Virus record (IMG/VR): IMGVR_UViG_2706794695_000002
Source of the DNA: a virus
Lineage: Duplodnaviria > Heunggongvirae > Uroviricota > Caudoviricetes
Reading direction: 5' to 3' (one strand)
DNA: 25,215 nt
Shown here: positions 20,557-25,215 of the stretch, piece by piece
Numbering within the stretch: position 1 is the first letter of the stretch
Layout of the letters: each line of letters opens with the position of its first letter
Notes under the pieces: generated by a model
Database searches by the model: none
Told to the model about the DNA's origin: nothing
The model's input: the letters and a program-made list of their open reading frames with translations, nothing else
Program-made: the position numbers and the translations under genes

Positions 20557-23500
20557 GTGAATATGGCAGTAAAGATTTCAGGTGTACTGAAAGACGGCAC
20601 AGGAAAACCGGTACAGAACTGCACAATCCAGCTGAAAGCAAAACGTAACAGCACCACGGTGGTGGTGAACACGCTGGCCTCAGAAAATCCGGATGAAGCC
20701 GGGCGTTACAGCATGGACGTTGAGTACGGTCAGTACAGCGTTATTCTGTTGGTGGAAGGATTCCCGCCGTCACATGCCGGGACCATCACCGTGTATGAAG
20801 ATTCCCGACCCGGTACGCTGAATGATTTTCTCGGTGCCATGACGGAGGATGATGCCCGTCCGGAGGCACTGCGCCGTTTTGAGCTGATGGTGGAAGAGGT
20901 GGCGCGTAACGCGTCCGCGGTGGCACAGAACACGGCAGCCGCGAAGAAATCAGCCAGCGATGCCAGCACATCAGCCCGTGAGGCGGCAACCCATGCGACT
21001 GATGCTGCAGATTCAGCACGTGCAGCCAGCACGTCAGCCGGACAGGCCGCTTCGTCGGCTCAGTCAGCGTCTTCCAGCGCAGGAACGGCATCAACAAAGG
21101 CCACTGAAGCCTCAAAAAGTGCTGCCGCTGCAGAGTCCTCAAAAAGCGCGGCGGCTACCAGTGCCGGTGCGGCGAAAACGTTAGAAACGAATGCGGCAGC
21201 GTCACAACAATCAGCAGCCACTTCTGCATCCACCGCGACCACGAAAGCGTCAGAAGCTGCCACCTCAGCCCGGGATGCGTCGGCTTCAAAAGAGGCGGCA
21301 AAATCATCAGAAACGAACGCATCATCAAGCGCCAGTAGCGCAGCTTCCTCGGCGACGGCGGCTGCAAATTCTGCGAAGGCGGCCAAAACGTCCGAGACGA
21401 ACGCCAGGTCTTCTGAAACGGCAGCGGGACAGAGTGCCTCAGCTGCGGCAGGCTCAAAAACAGCGGCTGCGTCGTCTGCCAGCGCCGCGTCAACAAGTGC
21501 CGGGCAGGCCTCAGCCAGTGCCACCGCCGCCGGAAAATCGGCAGAAAGCGCCGCATCATCCGCTTCAACAGCCACAACGAAGGCTGGCGAAGCCACTGAG
21601 CAGGCCACGGCAGCAGCGAGGTCAGCTTCCGCAGCGAAGACATCCGAAACGAACGCGAAAGCGTCGGAAACCCGTGCAGAATCCTCAAAAACGGCTGCCG
21701 CATCGTCCGCCAGTTCGGCGGCGTCATCGGCATCATCGGCGTCTGCTTCAAAAGATGAGGCGACCAGACAGGCGTCAGCAGCGAAGGGCAGCGCCACGAC
21801 GGCATCCACGAAGGCGACAGAGGCTGCTGGTAGTGCGACGGCAGCAGCTNNNNNNNNNNNNNNNNNNNNNNNNNNNNNNNNNNNNNNNNNNNNNNNNNNN
21901 NNNNNNNNNNNNNNNNNNNNNNNNNNNNNNNNNNNNNNNNNNNNNNNNNNNNNNNNNNNNNNNNNNNNNNNNNNNNNNNNNNNNNNNNNNNNNNNNNNNN
22001 NNNNNNNNNNNNNNNNNNNNNNNNNNNNNNNNNNNNNNNNNNNNNNNNNNNNNNNNNNNNNNNNNNNNNNNNNNNNNNNNNNNNNNNNNNNNNNNNNNNN
22101 NNNNNNNNNNNNNNNNNNNNNNNNNNNNNNNNNNNNNNNNNNNNNNNNNNNNNNNNNNNNNNNNNNNNNNNNNNNNNNNNNNNNNNNNNNNNNNNNNNNN
22201 NNNNNNNNNNNNNNNNNNNNNNNNNNNNNNNNNNNNNNNNNNNNNNNNNNNNNNNNNNNNNNNNNCAGCGCGACCAACAGCACGTCTGAAACGCTGGCGG
22301 CAACGCCAAAGGCAGTAAAAGCAGCCAATGACAATGCTGAGAAACGTCTGCAGAAAGATCAGAACGGTGCGGATATCCCTGGCAAAGACACCTTTACGAA
22401 AAATATTGGTGCCTGCCGTGCCTTCGGTGGGTCAGTAAGCACAACAACAGGAAACTGGACGACTGCACAGTTTATCGAGTGGCTGGATTCTCAGGGAGCA
22501 TTTAACCATCCATACTGGATGTGCAAGGGTTCCTGGTCTTATGGCAATAATAAAATCATTACTGATACTGGCTGCGGTAATATTCATCTCGCCGGAGCTG
22601 TCATTGAAGTAATGGGGATAAAGTCAGCGATGACGATCCGCATTACCACTCCGACCACATCCAGCGGTGGCGGAACAACCAACGCCCAGTTTACCTATAT
22701 TAATCACGGAACAGATTATTCACCTGGCTGGCGAAGGGACTATAACTCCAGAAATAAGCCAACGGCATCAGAGATCGGGGCGCTACCGTCAGGTGGAACA
22801 GCAGTATCATCAGTTAATCTGGCTTCAAAAGGTCGGGTAGCCGCGCTGACAGACAATACGCAGGGGGCAGCAGGTCTTGAGTTATACGAGGTGTATAACA
22901 ACGGATATCCAACAGCGTATGGAAATATCATTCACCTGAAAGGGATGACAGCCGTTGGCGAAGGTGAGTTACTCATCGGCTGGAGTGGTACAAGCGGTGC
23001 TCATGCTCCGGCATTTATTCGTTCACGACGGGATACGACCGACGCAAACTGGTCGCCGTGGGCGCAGCTTTACACCTCGGCTCATCCTCCTGCAGAGTTT
23101 TATCCAGTCGGTGCACCAATCCCGTGGCCATCAGATACCGTTCCGTCTGGTTATGCCCTGATGCAGGGGCAGACTTTTGACAAATCTGCTTACCCGAAAC
23201 TTGCAGCCGCTTATCCGTCAGGCGTGATCCCTGATATGCGTGGCTGGACGATTAAGGGCAAGCCCGCCAGTGGTCGTGCCGTATTGTCTCAGGAACAGGA
23301 TGGCATTAAATCGCACACCCACAGCGCCAGCGCATCCAGTACGGATTTGGGGACGAAAACCACATCGTCGTTTGATTACGGCACTAAATCCACGAATAAC
23401 ACCGGGGCGCATACGCACAGTCTGAGCGGCTCTACAAGTTCAGCTGGGGCCCACCAACATAGTCAGACTGGGCCCAGAACGAATAGCGGGAGTCAACCTA

Positions 23501-23802
23501 CTGGAATGTTTCCGGCAGGGAGTACTCAAGTTAGCGGGACTAATCAGGTTGGTATCAGTGGCTCATTAACCAGTGGCACCTCCCAATGGGTAGGTAAATC
23601 ATCTTCAGAAGGAAACCATACACACTCACTGTCCGGCACAGCAGCATCTGCGGGTGCACACGCGCATACTGTCGGTATTGGTGCTCATACGCACTCTGTT
23701 GCGATTGGTTCACATGGACACACCATCACCGTTAACGCTGCTGGTAACGCGGAAAACACCGTCAAAAACATCGCATTTAACTATATTGTGAGGCTCGCAT
23801 AA
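20557..23802 (+). CDS. stf: Side tail fibre protein Stf (apparently one uninterrupted frame; interior interrupted by an N run)
   Basis: Track ORF. The N-terminal part has a long Ala/Ser/Thr-rich repeat shaft (repeated ...AAKTSETNA...-type units). The C-terminal part has His-x-His repeats (GAHTHS, GAHQHS, GNHTHS, GAHAHT, GAHTHS, GSHGHT) and ends ...[11 protein letters not shown], as in lambda Stf and T4 gp37-type fibres as recalled. The true length is unknown because of the gap. Confidence 0.9.
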   Translation: MNMAVKISGVLKDGTGKPVQNCTIQLKAKRNSTTVVVNTLASENPDEAGRYSMDVEYGQYSVILLVEGFPPSHAGTITVYEDSRPGTLNDFLGAMTEDDARPEALRRFELMVEEVARNASAVAQNTAAAKKSASDASTSAREAATHATDAADSARAASTSAGQAASSAQSASSSAGTASTKATEASKSAAAAESSKSAAATSAGAAKTLETNAAASQQSAATSASTATTKASEAATSARDASASKEAAKSSETNASSSASSAASSATAAANSAKAAKTSETNARSSETAAGQSASAAAGSKTAAASSASAASTSAGQASASATAAGKSAESAASSASTATTKAGEATEQATAAARSASAAKTSETNAKASETRAESSKTAAASSASSAASSASSASASKDEATRQASAAKGSATTASTKATEAAGSATAAAXXXXXXXXXXXXXXXXXXXXXXXXXXXXXXXXXXXXXXXXXXXXXXXXXXXXXXXXXXXXXXXXXXXXXXXXXXXXXXXXXXXXXXXXXXXXXXXXXXXXXXXXXXXXXXXXXXXXXXXXXXXXXXXXXXXXXXXXXXXSATNSTSETLAATPKAVKAANDNAEKRLQKDQNGADIPGKDTFTKNIGACRAFGGSVSTTTGNWTTAQFIEWLDSQGAFNHPYWMCKGSWSYGNNKIITDTGCGNIHLAGAVIEVMGIKSAMTIRITTPTTSSGGGTTNAQFTYINHGTDYSPGWRRDYNSRNKPTASEIGALPSGGTAVSSVNLASKGRVAALTDNTQGAAGLELYEVYNNGYPTAYGNIIHLKGMTAVGEGELLIGWSGTSGAHAPAFIRSRRDTTDANWSPWAQLYTSAHPPAEFYPVGAPIPWPSDTVPSGYALMQGQTFDKSAYPKLAAAYPSGVIPDMRGWTIKGKPASGRAVLSQEQDGIKSHTHSASASSTDLGTKTTSSFDYGTKSTNNTGAHTHSLSGSTSSAGAHQHSQTGPRTNSGSQPTGMFPAGSTQVSGTNQVGISGSLTSGTSQWVGKSSSEGNHTHSLSGTAASAGAHAHTVGIGAHTHSVAIGSHGHTITVNAAGNAENTVKNIAFNYIVRLA
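21850..22265. other. Run of 416 N inside the stf repeat region (assembly gap)
   Basis: Literal n characters. The surrounding sequence is highly repetitive Ala/Ser/Thr-coding DNA, which typically collapses in short-read assembly. Confidence 0.99.
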
Positions 23803-24383
23803 TGGCATTCAGAATGAGTGAACAAGCACGGACCATAAAAATTTATAACCTGCTGGCCGGAACTAATGAATTTATTGGTGAAGGTGACGCATATATTCCG
23901 CCTCATACAGGTCTGCCTGCAAACAGTACCGATATTGCACCGCCAGATATTCCGGCTGGTTTCGTGGCTGTTTTCAACAGTGATGAGTCATCGTGGCATC
24001 TCGTTGAAGATCATCGGGGTAAAACGGTTTATGACGTGGCTTCCGGCGACGCGTTATTTATTTCTGAACTCGGCTCATTACCGGAAAATGTCACCTGGTT
24101 ATCCCCGGAAGGGGAGTTTCAGAAGTGGAACGGCACAGCCTGGGTGAAGGATACGGAAGCAGAAAAACTGTTCCGGATCCGGGAGGCGGAAGAAACAAAA
24201 AACAGCCTGATGCAGGTAGCCAGTGAGCATATAGCGCCGCTTCAGGATGCTGTGGATCTGGAGATCGCAACGGAGAAAGAAACCTTGTTGCTGGAAGCTT
24301 GGAAAAAGTATCGGGTGTTGCTGAACCGTGTTGATACATCAACTGCACCGGATATTGAATGGCCAGTAGCACCTATAGGGTAA
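23802..24383 (+). CDS. tfa: Tail fibre assembly protein Tfa
   Basis: 193-aa track ORF ([44 protein letters not shown]...) matching lambda Tfa as recalled. Its start overlaps the stf stop (TAATG). Confidence 0.95.
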   Translation: MAFRMSEQARTIKIYNLLAGTNEFIGEGDAYIPPHTGLPANSTDIAPPDIPAGFVAVFNSDESSWHLVEDHRGKTVYDVASGDALFISELGSLPENVTWLSPEGEFQKWNGTAWVKDTEAEKLFRIREAEETKNSLMQVASEHIAPLQDAVDLEIATEKETLLLEAWKKYRVLLNRVDTSTAPDIEWPVAPIG

Positions 24384-24475
24384 ATTCGTAATGATTACCT
24401 AAATACGTTATTCTTTTGTTAAAAAAGTGATTTTGCTATAGGTAGGGAGTATGTTCTTGGATTAAGAATAAAAAA

Positions 24476-24500
24476 TCGCCATGAAAGAGCTTCATGGCGA
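24476..24500 (-). terminator. Candidate rho-independent terminator on the minus strand
   Basis: TCGCCATGAA-AGAGC-TTCATGGCGA is a perfect 10-bp inverted repeat. On the + strand it is preceded by AATAAAAAA, so on the minus strand the hairpin is followed by TTTTTTATT. There is no T-run after it on the + strand. Confidence 0.45.
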
Positions 24501-25132
24501 GTACATAAACGTACAAAATGTGATGAAAGTAGAGTGGCGTAAGCCACTATATTAAGATATGACAATAGCGAAGAAAAGTAAATAACATTTTATGGACGTT
24601 TAATTGTTAATTATAAAAACTAGAGTGCCCGATATTGTTTATCTTGCTTTAAAATAATGTACTCAAACCAAATTTTTGAGCTAAAAGCTCAAATAATATA
24701 AATGCAATAATAATGTTTAATAAGACAATTAGCTTGCTTTGTATTTTCATTTCGGAATACTGTTAAGTAACTTTGATGACCCTAACAATAGATCGGAATT
24801 TTCTTAGAGTCAATGGTCACTGTTTTTGCTTGCAAAGCAAATGTTTTGGTGGTTATAAGTCGTCTTAATATAGTCACGCATGCAACTTGTTCCATGCGGA
24901 GATTAAAGATTGGAATATAACGCGAAGATGGAATTAAATTACATTTGCAATAATTAATTTATTATTACTCAATAATTACCGATATTATTATTGTAAATTA
25001 ATCATTAGAATGCAAAAAGAAATGTAACGGCAAAATAAGAGGACGATAGCTGAGAAAAAAGCGTGCTTTCCCAATCTGGGGCAAATCACGTCTGAATGAC
25101 ACCTGAAAACAGGTGGTAGCCTCAAGAAGGCT

Positions 25133-25215
25133 GGTGATGCTGCCAACTTACTGATTTAGTGTATGATGGTGTTTTTGAGGTGCTCCAGTGGCTTCTGTTT
25201 CTATCAGCTGTCCCT
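25133..25215 (+). mobile_element. End of an IS1 insertion sequence (terminal inverted repeat and start of insA); the element continues past the window
   Basis: GGTGATGCTGCCAACTTACTGATTTAGTGTATGATGGTGTTTTTGAGGTGCTCCAGTGGCTTCTGTTTCTATCAGCTGTCCCT matches the IS1 insA-proximal end as I recall it. There is an abrupt change from AT-rich spacer to IS1 sequence at 25133. Confidence 0.85.
25188..25215 (+). CDS. insA: IS1 InsA, first 9 codons only (truncated by the window edge)
   Basis: GTG GCT TCT GTT TCT ATC AGC TGT CCC translates to (M)ASVSISCP, the InsA N-terminus as recalled. Confidence 0.7.

Noticed and set aside
20900-21849. Repetitive DNA in stf as a possible CRISPR array or non-coding tandem repeat
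   Set aside because: The repeats are imperfect, in frame, and encode the Ala/Ser/Thr-rich fibre shaft. There is no repeat-spacer architecture and no leader.
21060-22334. Long minus-strand ORFs (424 aa and 384 aa) and a + strand Arg/Pro-rich 375-aa ORF inside stf
   Set aside because: They span the 416-N run, which translates as X and cannot be read, and are alternative frames of the Ala/Ser/Thr repeat DNA of stf. They are artifacts.
24781-24895. 35-aa minus-strand ORF in the AT-rich spacer (hand-translated MEQVACVTILRRLITTKTFALQAKTVTIDSKKIPIYC)
   Set aside because: It has no SD and no motif, and its length is what chance gives in AT-rich DNA. Not annotated.

Overview
This window is the late (head and tail morphogenesis) module of a lambda-type prophage, colinear gene-for-gene with phage lambda: cos, then nu1-A-W-B-C/nu3-D-E-FI-FII-Z-U-V-G/G-T-H-M-L-K-I-J-lom-stf-tfa, all on the + strand. 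All lambda comparisons are from memory of the lambda sequence and proteins, not from a database search. Most proteins look near-identical to lambda; the clear exceptions are the C-terminal end of J, Lom, the cosN core, and the DNA on both flanks. Left of cos is an AT-rich stretch with two minus-strand genes of unknown function (an Arc-like ribbon-helix-helix protein and a conserved ~136-aa protein). Right of tfa is about 750 bp of AT-rich, ORF-poor DNA ending in the terminal inverted repeat of an IS1 element, which runs off the window. Two runs of N (15719-15789 inside K/I, 21850-22265 inside stf) are assembly gaps or masking, not biology. I did not find a convincing novel multi-gene system; the candidates worth follow-up are the cos-proximal two-gene module, the variant cosN, the divergent J receptor-binding end and the spacer next to IS1.
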